From Diplonema japonicum (lineage: Eukaryota; Protista; Euglenozoa: Diplonemea): a stretch of 64,000 nt of DNA. Each line of letters opens with the position of its first letter. The stretch's first letter is position 1. The position numbers and the translations under genes are program-made. The notes under the pieces are model-generated. The model had not been told where the DNA came from. It searched no databases and saw nothing but the letters and a program-made list of their open reading frames with translations. The stretch spans positions 186,001-250,000 of the forward strand of contig OZ025651.1 of NCBI GenBank assembly GCA_964019335.1. Direction: 5' to 3'. Below are positions 52,623-64,000 of the stretch, piece by piece.

Positions 52623-53342
52623 CTAATAATAATCATGAATAACGTGGAAAATCGCTGAAGGCGGCCTGATAATCGACGAGTTGAGACCCGAGTCACGTCG
52701 GTTACGCCCAGCGTACAGCTTGAAAATAGGACCACCGTTGTCTTGATCGCACTGCAGGCAAGGGTTAAGGCGGTTGTCAGGAGGGAGGTTGTTCGGGGTG
52801 TGCTCAATGTAAGCCCTCATGCAAGGCCACATACACTTCTGCTTAGAGTAGTGCGTGTTGTAGTTGAAGATCTCCGCGCAGGGCCGTGTCAGGTTGGTAC
52901 TGTCCAAAATACACTCCAGCAAAGCAGTGGAGTTGTCTTGGTGGTCTATCCCACACTTTCTGATGGGGGTTGTCATGTCCTCTTGGGACATGAATGCTGA
53001 GAGGTCGTCAAGATCGCTGCACACACCACAGTGCGTAGCATGCGACACATGAGCCCCGTCGCCCTGTGCCTCGCTGATGTTCTTGTACGTGATGAGCTTG
53101 TACTCGTACCGTTCTGCATCGTTGGTGTACTTGACACCGCACACGGCATCGGGGCCACCAGGGACAGGCACCGTTCCGTTGTACCCGTTGTACGGGTCCC
53201 CAGGCGGCATCTGGATTGGGTTCAAACACTTCTTCGCCTGGAACGCCAGCCACACTGTGCTGTTGTACGTCATCGGGCTGAACGGCTGGTTGGGCGGCGG
53301 GATGCTTCCCATCGCAACCGCCATTGTGAGACACGCGAGCAT
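52623..53342 (-). CDS. Secreted Cys-rich protein of unknown function (239 aa), paralog 1
   Basis: Signal-like N-terminus; CGVCSDLDDL and CLQCD..NGGPIFKLYAGRNRRDSGL motifs; paralog conserved at 54704-55423. Confidence 0.85.
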   Translation of the reverse strand: MLACLTMAVAMGSIPPPNQPFSPMTYNSTVWLAFQAKKCLNPIQMPPGDPYNGYNGTVPVPGGPDAVCGVKYTNDAERYEYKLITYKNISEAQGDGAHVSHATHCGVCSDLDDLSAFMSQEDMTTPIRKCGIDHQDNSTALLECILDSTNLTRPCAEIFNYNTHYSKQKCMWPCMRAYIEHTPNNLPPDNRLNPCLQCDQDNGGPIFKLYAGRNRRDSGLNSSIIRPPSAIFHVIHDYY

Positions 53343-54703
53343 TTTCTTTTTTTTTTTTTTTTTTTTTTTTTTTGTCGTTCTTCTCCTGGAAGACTATTAA
53401 AACCTATTTTTTTTTAAAAAAATAAAAATATAAAAAAAACCTCGATCTTCTAACGTCAAGGTGGCACAGTGCCTAGGGTGCCTAGGGTGAAGTTGTTTGC
53501 CGGCAAGGTTTGCCTTATTCTTGTCTCTCCGCCGAGCATCACCCTGGCACAGGCTTCCCTGAAATGACTCGCTTAAGGGGAGGTGTTGTTACGCAAAAAA
53601 AAGGAAAAGGGGGGGAAAAAGGAGAGAAGAGTGAGAACCTGCCTGAATTATTCAACAAAGGTTCGGGTACAAAAAAAAAAAGTTTCGAAAAATAAACATA
53701 CATAGCGCTCGCGTGGCGTTATCGATAACACCATTTTCTTTTTTTTTTTTAGTATAAAAAAAAGTTAAAAAGTGGGAGGCATTTCCTGTTATTTTATTTT
53801 TTTCGAAAAGGGCAGTCCGGGTGCAAGGGGTGAACCCTGCCGTGTGGATTGTATCCAAACGTGTTGAAATCAAAATAGTAGGCTGTATGACCTTCTGTTC
53901 TTTTTGGAGTTTTAAATAAATGGGCTAATTTTCGAAACCTCATTAGGTTATAGATAACGTTCTAAAGCGCTATGTATGGAAGAAAAAAAGGGGGAAGCAA
54001 AATATACTCGTGAAACAGACCAACAATCTCTCTTTTTTTTTTTTTTATATTGCTAAAAGCAGAAAGACGAAAAAAAAAGAAATAAGAAGAGGCGGGGGAG
54101 GGAAAGGAGGAGGAAAATAAATTCGACCGCTTTTGCCCCCCCCCCCCCCATGCTGCGCTGTTAACGATGGCCAGTGGATGTCAGAATGGAGTGAAGAAAA
54201 AGAAAAAAAAAGTGAGGAGGGAGAGAGTGAACACATACGCGTGTGAAGGGTTAAACACATTTTTGGAAGCGAAAAAAAAAAAAGGATATAAAAAAAAAAG
54301 AAAAAGAAAACCCCGTTGGGAAGGGTTCCCTTCTTTTCATTTCTATTTTTTTTTTCTTTTTTCCCCCGGTAATAAAAAAAAAAAAAAAAGGGAGGGGATC
54401 ATTTTTCCCCAATTTCTTTCTCCTCCAATACCTCTACTTTAAGAGAGAGGGAGAGAGACAGTAAACCTTCTTTTTTTTTTTTTTTTTTTTTTTTTCCTTC
54501 TTTCTTTTTGTTATTGCTATGTGCATCATTCCCCCCTTCGAGGGGGAGGGATGGGAGAGAGCCAAAGAAAAAGAAGCACATAGCAGAAAATGTAGTATAC
54601 CCATATAAATGCTGTCCTAGAAAAATAAAAAAAAGAAACAAGAAAGAGGTAAAAAGCCACCAGGGGCGTGAAGCCAAGAGGTGACATGTGGAAGGAATAG
54701 TAT

Positions 54704-55423
54704 CTAGTAGTAATCATGAATAACTCGAAACACCTGAGAAGCAGGCCTGATAATCGACGAGTTGAGACCCGAGTCACGTCGGTTACGCCCAGCGTACAGC
54801 TTGAAAATAGGACCACCGTTGTCCTCATCGCACTGCAGGCAAGGGTTTAGGTGGTTGTCAGGAGGGAGGTTGTTCGGGGTGTGCTCAAAGTAAGCCTTCA
54901 TGCAAGGTGTTAAGCACTTGCTCTTTGTGTAGAAAGTGTTGTAGTTGAAAATTGTTGCACAGGGCCGTGTCAGGTTGGTGTTCCGGATGATGCAGTCTAG
55001 CGTTGCTGTCATGTTCTCCAGGTGCTCCATCCCGCACTGTCTGATGGGGTCCGTCAGATCCTCTTGGGACATGTATGCAGCAAGGTCGTCAAGATCGCTG
55101 CACACACCACAGGCTGTTTTATGCGACACATGAGCCCCGTCGCCCTGTGCCTCGCTGATGTTCTTGTACGTGATGAGCTTGTACTCGTACCGCTCTGCAT
55201 CGTTGGTGTACTTGACACCGCACACGGCATCGGGGCCACCAGGGACAGGCACCGTTCCGTTGTACCCGTTGTACGGGTTCCCAGGCGGCATCTGGATTGG
55301 GTTCAAACACTTCTTCGCCTGGAACGCCAGCCACACTGTGCTGTTGTACGTCATCGGGCTGAACGGCTGGTTGGGCGGCGGGATGCTTCCCATCGCAACC
55401 GCCATTGTGAGACACGCGAGCAT
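54704..55423 (-). CDS. Secreted Cys-rich protein of unknown function (239 aa), paralog 2
   Basis: Same length and Cys pattern as 52623-53342. Confidence 0.85.
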   Translation of the reverse strand: MLACLTMAVAMGSIPPPNQPFSPMTYNSTVWLAFQAKKCLNPIQMPPGNPYNGYNGTVPVPGGPDAVCGVKYTNDAERYEYKLITYKNISEAQGDGAHVSHKTACGVCSDLDDLAAYMSQEDLTDPIRQCGMEHLENMTATLDCIIRNTNLTRPCATIFNYNTFYTKSKCLTPCMKAYFEHTPNNLPPDNHLNPCLQCDEDNGGPIFKLYAGRNRRDSGLNSSIIRPASQVFRVIHDYY

Positions 55424-55554
55424 TTTTCTTTTTTTTTTTTTTTTTGTAATCCTTTGGAGAGTTTATTTGTTAGTCGTGGCCAAGCGAGAAAAGAAGAAGG
55501 GGGACAGAAAAAAAAACTGGGGAACCACGGCGGGGTGGAGGGGGTCAACGGAAG

Positions 55555-56169
55555 TTACCTTTTTAAAGTAAATATCGATCTAGTTTTTCGAACTTCTTCC
55601 CTCCCCCCTCCCGCATTCCGTGCACCACGGGGCGCCTCACCGTCTGTGCCGGTGCCGCACTGCGTCCCACTTCCTGTTGGGTGAGGTCCGTCCTTCCGGA
55701 CACGCGGCAACTGGTAAGTAGGCAGCGCAACGTTCTTTGTGGAAAAACTTGCAAGAAGAGGGAGAAGGGGGGTAGGCGCTTCATCGGTGGGTGTGGTCCC
55801 TTCACCGTCCTTGTGGAGGGGGTTGGCGCTGTTTTGCAGGAGCAAGGTAACCGTTTCGATATGGCCTTTAACAGCCGCCTTATGAAGAGGTGTCCTGCCA
55901 GAGGGGGTCATAGGGTCAGGGACGGCACCTCGCTGGAGGAGATAGGCCACTACATGACTATGCCCTTTGCTTGCTGCATAGTGCAGGGGCACATACCCGC
56001 AGGAATCAAATGCGTCCAACCATCGGGCGTCGGCTTCTATGAACTTTTTGACCCCTTGTAGATTCCCGGTGTGGCTGGGTTTCCAAACGCCCCTGTCCCA
56101 GTCCATCTCTTCAAGTGTCTCCTGCATAGGCACCTGGACTGCACAGCACGAGCAGTCTGCATTGTGCAT
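55555..56169 (-). CDS. Small ankyrin-repeat protein, ANKRD39-like; 3' end uncertain
   Basis: Ankyrin repeats GYVPLHYAASKGH and GRTPLHKAAVKGH; N-terminal C.CC...QETLEEMDWDRGVW resembles ANKRD39. Confidence 0.8.
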   Translation of the reverse strand: MHNADCSCCAVQVPMQETLEEMDWDRGVWKPSHTGNLQGVKKFIEADARWLDAFDSCGYVPLHYAASKGHSHVVAYLLQRGAVPDPMTPSGRTPLHKAAVKGHIETVTLLLQNSANPLHKDGEGTTPTDEAPTPLLPLLASFSTKNVALPTYQLPRVRKDGPHPTGSGTQCGTGTDGEAPRGARNAGGGREEVRKTRSIFTLKR

Positions 56170-56229
56170 TTTTTTATTCGTTTCTTTTTTTTTTTTTTTT
56201 CTTTTTTTAAATCTCTTAAATCTTTTTTT

Positions 56230-56270
<41 letters not shown>

Positions 56271-56957
56271 TAATTCTCCCCTCCCCTCCCCGTGTTTCCT
56301 TTCTACGTTTTGCTCAAATAAAAATAACTTTTTGTTTTCTTTTGTTCTTTTTCATTTCCCGAACGGAAGAAAGGAGCTGGGATGGGGGGTGAGGGAAACC
56401 GATAGGCATACATTGCATCACCGTTAGTAAAGGAAGGGAGAGGGGGGGGGGAAGCAGTAGCAGAGAGGGAAAGGGAGTACAAGTGTGCGAGTACGTACTT
56501 TGGTTCTGTTGAGTATTTTGAAGGTAAATGAACGAATTTGATTTGATGCAAACACCTAGAAGAAAACAAATAACGTACCAAAAAAGAATTGAAAAAAAAA
56601 AAAACTTATGAAGAGACAGAAAAGGTGATAAAAATAATTTCTGGGGAAAAGGACACACATGCACCTCATTTCTTTTATACTGATCCACTTCGGAGAAAGT
56701 GACTAATTCTTTTGTTTTCCTTGTTTTTTCTTCTTGCACGGGGACATCTCTTTTTTTCCCCCTGAGAATTAAAAAAAAAAAGAGTCGGCAGTTGTCGGTT
56801 GCACAAGCCAGCTGACCTCTCGAAGGTCAACCAACAAGTTGCCACTACTGTTTCAAAGACAATAGTTTTTTAAGCAAAAAAAAAAAAAGAAAATCGTCGT
56901 AAGGCAAAAAAGAAAAAAAAAAAAGTACAAGCAGCAGGGGTGAACGTAAATATGGAC

Positions 56958-56993
<36 letters not shown>

Positions 56994-57040
56994 ACTGGCA
57001 AAAAAAGAAAAAAAAGGGAAATAAATATAATAAGTGATAC

Positions 57041-57076
<36 letters not shown>

Positions 57077-57138
57077 AAAAAAAGGCAACGAAATAGCATC
57101 AAAAAGGGCAAAAGTGGGGGAGGGGAATGAATAGGGAT

Positions 57139-60100
57139 CTACTGTGTTGTGGATTGCCTGTAAACAGGTGACGAAGCACCGCTAGGCGAATATTCCAATT
57201 CCTCGTATTCATCATCTTTATCTTTATCGGGATTGGGGGTATCCATCCCGAACGGCACAGGGAAAGGTATAGGCCTGCCTTCATCAGAAGAAGGCGAGGC
57301 ACAGGGCACCATGTCAGAGACAACCTGTTGCGTGTCTTCGTTGCCGCGTTCTTCCACAAGCTCCCCGTAGCACACGGACCACCACTCCTTCATTTCTTCA
57401 GGTGTGAATTTTCTCCTCACGTGCTGCGGCTGCTTGACCTTCCCGATCATGTCTTTTAGTACTGTAAACCTATTCCGCCTTTCTTTGTTGAACTTGTCCA
57501 TCCAGTACCCGTAGGCTGCGACTACATCAAGTACTTTTTGTGTTTTGACTCCCTTTGCTTTGCGTTGTCTGTTGTCGACTGCAAGCCAGGTTTCTCTTCG
57601 TGTTACGTTGGCGATTTCCACACGGATTTCCTCTTTGCTGCGGAGGAACATCGGCTTGTGTTCCTTCCACAGCTCTGCGATGTAGCCTGTAGCTTCGTCG
57701 AACGTCACCTGCGTGTCGCCGTCCTTGTCGACGTTTTCTATGATCTCCCGTTTGACCTCTTTGAAGATCTGATACGCGAAGATAAGCAGCACCCCGACAT
57801 TGATCACCAGCACCGCCACCGTTAGCAGGTTGTCGCCGACAACCCCATTCTTTTCTAAGTACAATAATCCCAAGTTTAGCGTTGTAAATATGCTAATGAG
57901 CGACACGTTTTCCAACGCCCACAGAACCCTGTACTTGTAAGGGCGTAGCAGGATGTTCAAATACACGAAGAATGCAATGACCCACATGGCTGCCCATAGT
58001 TGGTATCTTGGGTATCTTGACAGGAACACCACCACGAACACCACGCTCATCTTCCGCAACATGGTGACCATCTCCCAGTAATACCTCTTCTGGCGGTACC
58101 CGCTGTACAGGAACCCGAGTGTGGACATCACTTTCTTCGTGCGTAGAATGTCCCGTTTGCGTCTCAGCAACAGGAAGCCGGCAAGTGGAAGCCCGAAACC
58201 GTAGGCCACAAAGGTCAGGAGGCTGAAGTACCAGTATGTTCTGTAAGTAGAGTCGCTGCAGTCGATGGTGGGATCTTCTGAGAGGTACCTGCTGCAGGTG
58301 TTCGAGTCCACGCACACACGCTCGCTGCATGTGAGCATCAACGCTACCTCTTTCATCAAAGAAGGGTACACTAAGAACAACACGATGAGCACTGTCACTT
58401 TGTACACATCTCTCATTCTCTGCCTCACGGTACCGCCCGCCTCCGCGAGTGGCGAGATCTTTGGCTGCGGCTGGAGCCTGAGATGTCTGCTAGCAGCGCC
58501 GTACCTGTGCAGCACCTTGTCACACCTTTCGCAGTAGAACTCGTCGTGGTGGGGACAGAACCAGACAGCAAAGTCCTTGTGGCACAGACCGCACTCTTCG
58601 ATCACATTCATATTGCTGTCTTGCTTTAAGAGCGCCTGCCTTCTTGCGGCGTTTTGCTGCTCGAACGCATTTTCCTTACCTTCGAAGCCCAGTGGCTGGA
58701 TTGGTGGCAATCCAGGCGACCGGATGAACGAGTCGGAGGCGAGACCGGGGGACCGTACAAGAGACTCGGATGTTTGCGAGCCTGCAAGCCAGTCGCCCAG
58801 CTCCTCGATGTCGTGCTCAGTCAGCACGTCGCGGATCTGCGTGTCGGTATACCCCTTCAACTTCCAGACTGCGATCTTGTCGCTTGCACGGCGCAGTCTT
58901 GCAGCAGCGTACAGCTGCTCATATGGCAATCGCTTGCTGAGATCTCTGAGGCCGAACACTATGTCGTGGCCCCTGCTCGAAGACACAGGCACCATGTTGG
59001 TGCGGTGGCTCTTAGAGCCCTCACCTATATGCTTGAACTCCGCGTCAAGGTACCAAGCTTTGTGAATAGTAAGAAGGGCAACACAACCATACCTGGAACG
59101 TGGTAGCCACGCTGTCTCTCCTCGTCGATCTCCAATCCTGGCACAGGGAGCTCCACAACAGGTGCCAAAGTGTCCCCGCCTTTAGGAGTTCCCGGAGGGG
59201 TCAAAGGCATCTGGTGTGTAAACCACTCATTCTCCACACCAGTCATGATGTCCACACGTTGCACCTGTTGATATGTCGAGACGCTTTGTTCATACCTTCC
59301 AAAAGGAGTCCGCGCCAACGGAACGCTGTTTTGTCATTTGCATTTTGTCTTCGTTCACGCGGACGCCTCGGGCACCCTGTAGTGTGGTGTTTATGGTTGT
59401 GCCGCATACTCCTTCTTCAAAGATTAGCTTTCCGATGGCCTCTTCTCGCTTTTTGGCAAGTGAGACAAATGCTGCTGCGTGACTCCTTCCAGCGAAGGTC
59501 ACGTCACCATCATTGAAGACGGTTTGCGATATGCCGTAGTGCTGCGACTGAGCGCGTGACGAGTCAGGGAAGGGGAAGGGCTCGTGATGAGTGACAGGAT
59601 AAGGCGGGATCGTGGCTGTAGCGTACCCCTTGAGCCTTGCCGCGTAGTACTCCGACCGTGAAGCGCTTTGTGACAAGATCGCACGTATGAGCTGGTCCAG
59701 CTCTTCGTCCGTGTTGGCGATGACATCCTTTCCGGCATCCTTACGCTTATCACTTCGCTGCTTTGTCTTCCTACTCCCTCTGCTCTTCGCTTTGCTTGAA
59801 AAGCACTCAAACAGGATCTGCTCCATGACCTGCTCGTCAGGCAAGATGCCCCTCTCACAGAACGGGAACTTCAAATACTCCTGCAGTGTGTTTAGATACA
59901 GAGATAATCATGCATACCATCAGCTTGTATCGTGCGAGACATGCCTCCAAGAGCTCCTCGCGGAAGGTGTTCTGAATGGACTTGATATTCAACTCGTGAT
60001 CGGGAACATCACAAGTGTACCACCGGCCAGTGACCAGCTCTTCTAGGGGCGACTTCTCACCCAAACAACCCACACCGGGTGTTGGGAATAGTTGCTCGAG

Positions 60101-63100
60101 CAAGCAGCATGACTTGCACAACCAGCAGCCATAGGTACCGAGCGTCACCGTTGCTTCCCAGTGTACCTCCATCTGCTTTGCGTTATTGCTGTCGGTGGTC
60201 ACCCTCTGTATCCTTGTGGGGGAGTACACTTGTTCAATGGTAGCATTGGTGTCTTTGAGGCACTCGACTGTCGTGCTTAAAATCTCTTTCGGGCTGGCCA
60301 GCTTCCGCATCTCAATGTTGAGCTTGCGCGTTTTCGACAGTTCTTTAGACTGTTCACGCTGCTTTTCAACAAGTAGCCTGAGCTCCGTCCTGTCCCGCTC
60401 GGGGACACACCAGTCGTACATCCAGTGGTACGGAGACTGGCATTCACACGTGCGCTCTGCGAACTCGTCACCCAGCGTCACGTCATCCTGAATCCTCTGC
60501 GACAGCTTGAACAGAGATAACACGATAGCCGGCACGACAATCACAACAACAGGCGTCTGTGATTCATCATTATTTTAAAACACAAGCAAAACCCATACCA
60601 GCATCCACACAACAAACTTCGTGTAGTAGTCAATGTGCCATAGACAATCGATCGACAGCACGTTGCTCGTGGGACTCGCCTGTCGGTGTTGCTTTCGACA
60701 AAATACATACCTTGCCCTTGATACCGAACAAAGCTTGGACAACCTCTGCCCATTGCACTGTAAAATCGCCAGCTAAAGCACTTACCTGTAATTGCGTTAT
60801 ATGTGGGATGTTAAGAGGCATACATGAAGGTGGTTCATGAACATCTTCATCATGACGGACACCTTGGGGGTCTCCTTCACCGCTGCGCCGTGGTTCGTGT
60901 TCACCATCACCAGGACCACAATAATGAACAGTATGACTATGGCAGCGATAGCTAGCAGCACGTAGTTTGTGGTGGGAGACGCGCATTTCACACAGGCCCC
61001 CAGGTTCTTGCCATACCCGTAGGGTGCGTCAGGCATGCGGTCAGCTATGCAGTTGGCGCAGAACGGTCCATGCGACCCTTCGTCGCACTGCAACATGGAC
61101 CTGTTGTGCTCGGCCTCGTTGGTAGTACCCATAGTCGTGGGTAGCGGGTCGCCAAGACCGTTCCCGAGAGAGGAGAACTTGCATCCATCAACACACGTAT
61201 GTGCTTTGTAGGTCACAGGCTCCCTCCAGTTACCTTCCTTATTGCGAATGGTGACATTCCCATAACAGTCAAGCCCATCCTCGCAAGTCCCGCAGGATGA
61301 GAGACACGCATACCTATTCGTCTTAGACACCTGCCTCAAGGCCGGAGAGCTGACAGGGTTGTTCGGCCCAGAGATAACATGCTCCAGTTGATGGTTCCAG
61401 CATCCGAACTCGAATGAGTATGCAAACAAGTTGCAGGTTGATCCTTGTTGGCAGCATGGAACAGGTTTCACCACAGCCATCAGGCTCCCCGTAGCGGCGT
61501 TGATCCTTTCGCTGTGCTGGGGGATCGCCACTTCGTTGAGATCCCTGATGTCTGCTTCGAAAGACAGCTCGCAACTCATCCCATTCCAAATAGTGAAGCG
61601 AGAGAGTGAGAACCTCGCCTGTGAGGGAGCACCCGTGGAACCTAGAAGGGAGTGCTTTGGAAGGTCAGGAGTAGCTTCGACCACTGAGTACGAGCACGCA
61701 ATGTCCTCCAAGCGTTTGATATTTGATTCCGTGAACGACTCGTCCCTACGTGCGAACATGATGGGGGCCAGGTCACTGTCACGGAGTTCCGGTACACGTT
61801 TGGACACCGTGATGAAAACAGCAATATTCTCGTTGGCCTCAATGTGGTCCCTGTCCAGCGCATTCCCGGCCTCGTCCTCTACTTCGATGTAGTATTCGAT
61901 CGTTTTCACGTCTATGTTCGTGACCTCCGTTACAGGAGCTGAACTCCATGCCAACTTGTAGCTGTAGCCCTGCGTGACGAAGAAAGAGTAAACGTGTCTG
62001 AACGATGCCCCCACAACACAGTTGAAGGAGTCCATGAACGGAAGTGTGCCTCTCGCGCTCTGTGAACCGACCCCTAGGTTGTTCCCATCTATATCTAAAT
62101 GCGGTCCTGCACAGGACGGAAGCTTCCTGTCAAGGTCAACAAGTTGCAAACCGTACTCTCGCGGCCTTGGAGAATTCAGGTAAAAGGACACCGTGCCCAC
62201 ACCGTCTACCATAGTCACTATGTTGCCACCCACGAACTCAACACACTCACTTGTGCCGTCGCAATTTCCATGCCGTAAGCATAGGCCATTGACACAATCA
62301 GCTGTGTCCCAAGCGGTTGTCGTTTCTTGTCCCTCGACAAACACCTGCACGCGTCTAGTCTCCTTGTCGCCTGTGGTTACATCGTTCCCGACGAAGTCCT
62401 TTGTTGCGATTGTGATGTTGTATGGCCCAACTCTTCTGGAGGCCTTCCTCTGCTTTGCTAAAGCTGTTAAACCGAGCATAGCCTCAGAAACGCCAAGCTG
62501 CGCTGGATCACCGATCTTTATGGGCCCCTTCATGCTACGTGCAGACGCCAAGCCTGATGTGCAGTCGGTTGCACTGATACAGGATGTTGACAGCTTGAAT
62601 GTCGTGCGGCTGGGCGATTTGAGGATGTCCACCACGCTGGCTGCCAAGGTAGTCGCCTGCCGTCCTTGAGCCCCCGCACTGCAGGGTGTGCCATCAGTCT
62701 TGAAGCCTGTTTTGCAGCACTGCACACGGTCTTCTGGTGTGAATTCCAATACTGAGAAGAGATTGATACAGTGGTACTCACACAAGGGCTGCATGGATGT
62801 GATCGTACACGGGTCGCGCAGTTCGGCGCTTACGTCACAAGTTGTGTTCGTCTGGTTGACATGAAGAATGTACGACAGCCGTAGCTTCTCGTCGCCGTCG
62901 TTGTTGACAGCAAAGCTAAAGAAGTCGCCGTACACAAAGAAGGGGTACCCATAGTCATCGGGCACAGCAGCATTGGACCTCACTCTCAGAGGGCTGTACT
63001 CACAGGGGCCTCCTGTGCATCCCTGGATGCATTTTGAGGTGGTAATATTTTCGGGCAAGCTCAGTGGTGGTATGTCATACCCGTACTGGGTCAGTGTGTC

Positions 63101-64000
63101 GCCATAGAACTCCCACGTCACGTTGTACTCCACATCTTCCTGAGCCCAGATGGACATTAGGCTGCCAGTGTTCCCCGGCACTCCGTATCCAGCCTCGCCC
63201 TGGTCGTTGAATGTCGGGTCGAAAATTCTGCGCAGAGTTGTTGCCTCCTGCGACATGTCGGACAAGGGAGGTGTGTTCCACCCACACAGTCCTTGCTGTG
63301 TACGGTCCTCAACACCCCACATGCCTAGGTCGCCTGGCTGTGGCTGCGAACACAGTCCTGCACTGTCGTCACTGCATTCAGGTCTGCATCGCGGCCAGGG
63401 GACAATCTCTTTCACTCTCACGAAAGTCGGGTTCTGTGCCGTGAACGTAGATACTATGTTCTCAGCAACGTCGAGCAGCACAAAACGCGGCTGTTTAGTG
63501 AGCTGCTTGTCGTTCGTGAGCGTGCTTGTCGGTATCAACTCGGGGTCAGCGAAACCCGCGTGATGGGGCAGCCCCTCTAGCACGGTGATGATCATCTCTG
63601 TAAACGCAATGCTTGGGTTCTCAGCCGTGACGCGAAGCAAGTATGTGCCCTTCGCAGGAGCCCTCATCCTTATAAGGGGATACTTCCCCATTGAGGACTT
63701 TAGACGGAGCAGTCTTGCTGTCTGCGCGATGGTCCCGTCCACTTCCACAACAGGAACGGCAGTATCGTATTTGATGGAAGCCAGCTGGCCTTTGCTTGAC
63801 GCTGTCGTGTTGAGGGGATGCACCGCGAGAGCGACGTTTATCTCATCCTCGACCCCGCTATAGTCTTCTCTTGTGTTGTAGTTGTAAAGAACGTCCTGGC
63901 CTGCGATCCATGCGCCGCCCCAGTTTAGCAACCCTTCGCTGTCATCAAGCACACCTATCGTGAGCTCATAGGTTTGCTCCTGTGCCGCCAGCCACCTTGT
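57139..64000 (-). CDS. Very large multi-pass membrane protein (Cys-rich ectodomain, multi-TM C-terminal region split by a long loop with a B-box zinc finger, EF-hand-like tail); 5' end outside the window; introns at 60786-60823, 60680-60710, 60557-60598, 59881-59917, 59265-59295 and 59058-59092
   Basis: Six GTATG...AG introns (38, 31, 42, 37, 31 and 35 nt) join the ORFs into one frame. Motifs GPFCANC..., YLSEDPTIDC, LGFLYSGYRQKRYYWEMVTMLRK and RPYK; B-box CGLC...FCPHHDEFYCERCDKVLH...H; DKDGDTQVTFDE. Confidence 0.87.

Noticed and set aside
53450-53480. Minus-strand resemblance (CCCTAGGC...GCCACCTTGACGT) to the trypanosome ingi/L1Tc 5' signature
   Set aside because: The downstream P1 partner and the rest of the ribozyme are missing; probably coincidental.
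2254-63863. Many long plus-strand ORFs (e.g. 5346-6005, 11682-12746, 33364-34275, 43613-44620)
   Set aside because: They are antisense shadows of minus-strand genes and have no independent motifs.

Overview
Eukaryotic protist genomic DNA, most likely a diplonemid-like euglenozoan (inference). Every credible gene lies on the minus strand, as in a polycistronic unit. Intergenic DNA is full of A/T/G/C homopolymers, and genes carry very short GT-AG introns (mostly 31-43 nt, usually GTATG...CAG). About 20 host genes are recognisable after removing these introns: a DUF268-like protein, an S8 protease with EGF/CUB/mucin domains, an EGF-like surface protein, sulfite oxidase, a tandem Cys-rich GPI-type family with frameshifted copies, an LVIVD protein, a SAC9-like phosphatase, GET4, an RRM/RanBP2-ZnF protein, a degenerate Nudix, VAP/MSP, an LRR coiled-coil protein, a paralogous secreted pair, an ankyrin protein and a very large multi-TM protein. 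The most notable system is an apparently full-length 6.5-kb non-LTR retrotransposon (about 10177-16668). It has an HDV-like ribozyme core exactly at its 5' junction, a candidate trans-splice acceptor before ORF1 and a 2A-like NPG|P peptide before the APE endonuclease. It has no poly(A) tail: it and six related 3' fragments abut sense-strand T-tracts. One fragment sits inside a host intron and supplies a back-to-back AG|GT. Also present are a TIR-bounded 1-kb element, a 3115-bp tandem duplication and a six-copy pseudoknot-like repeat upstream of surface-protein genes. All calls were made by eye; no database search was run.
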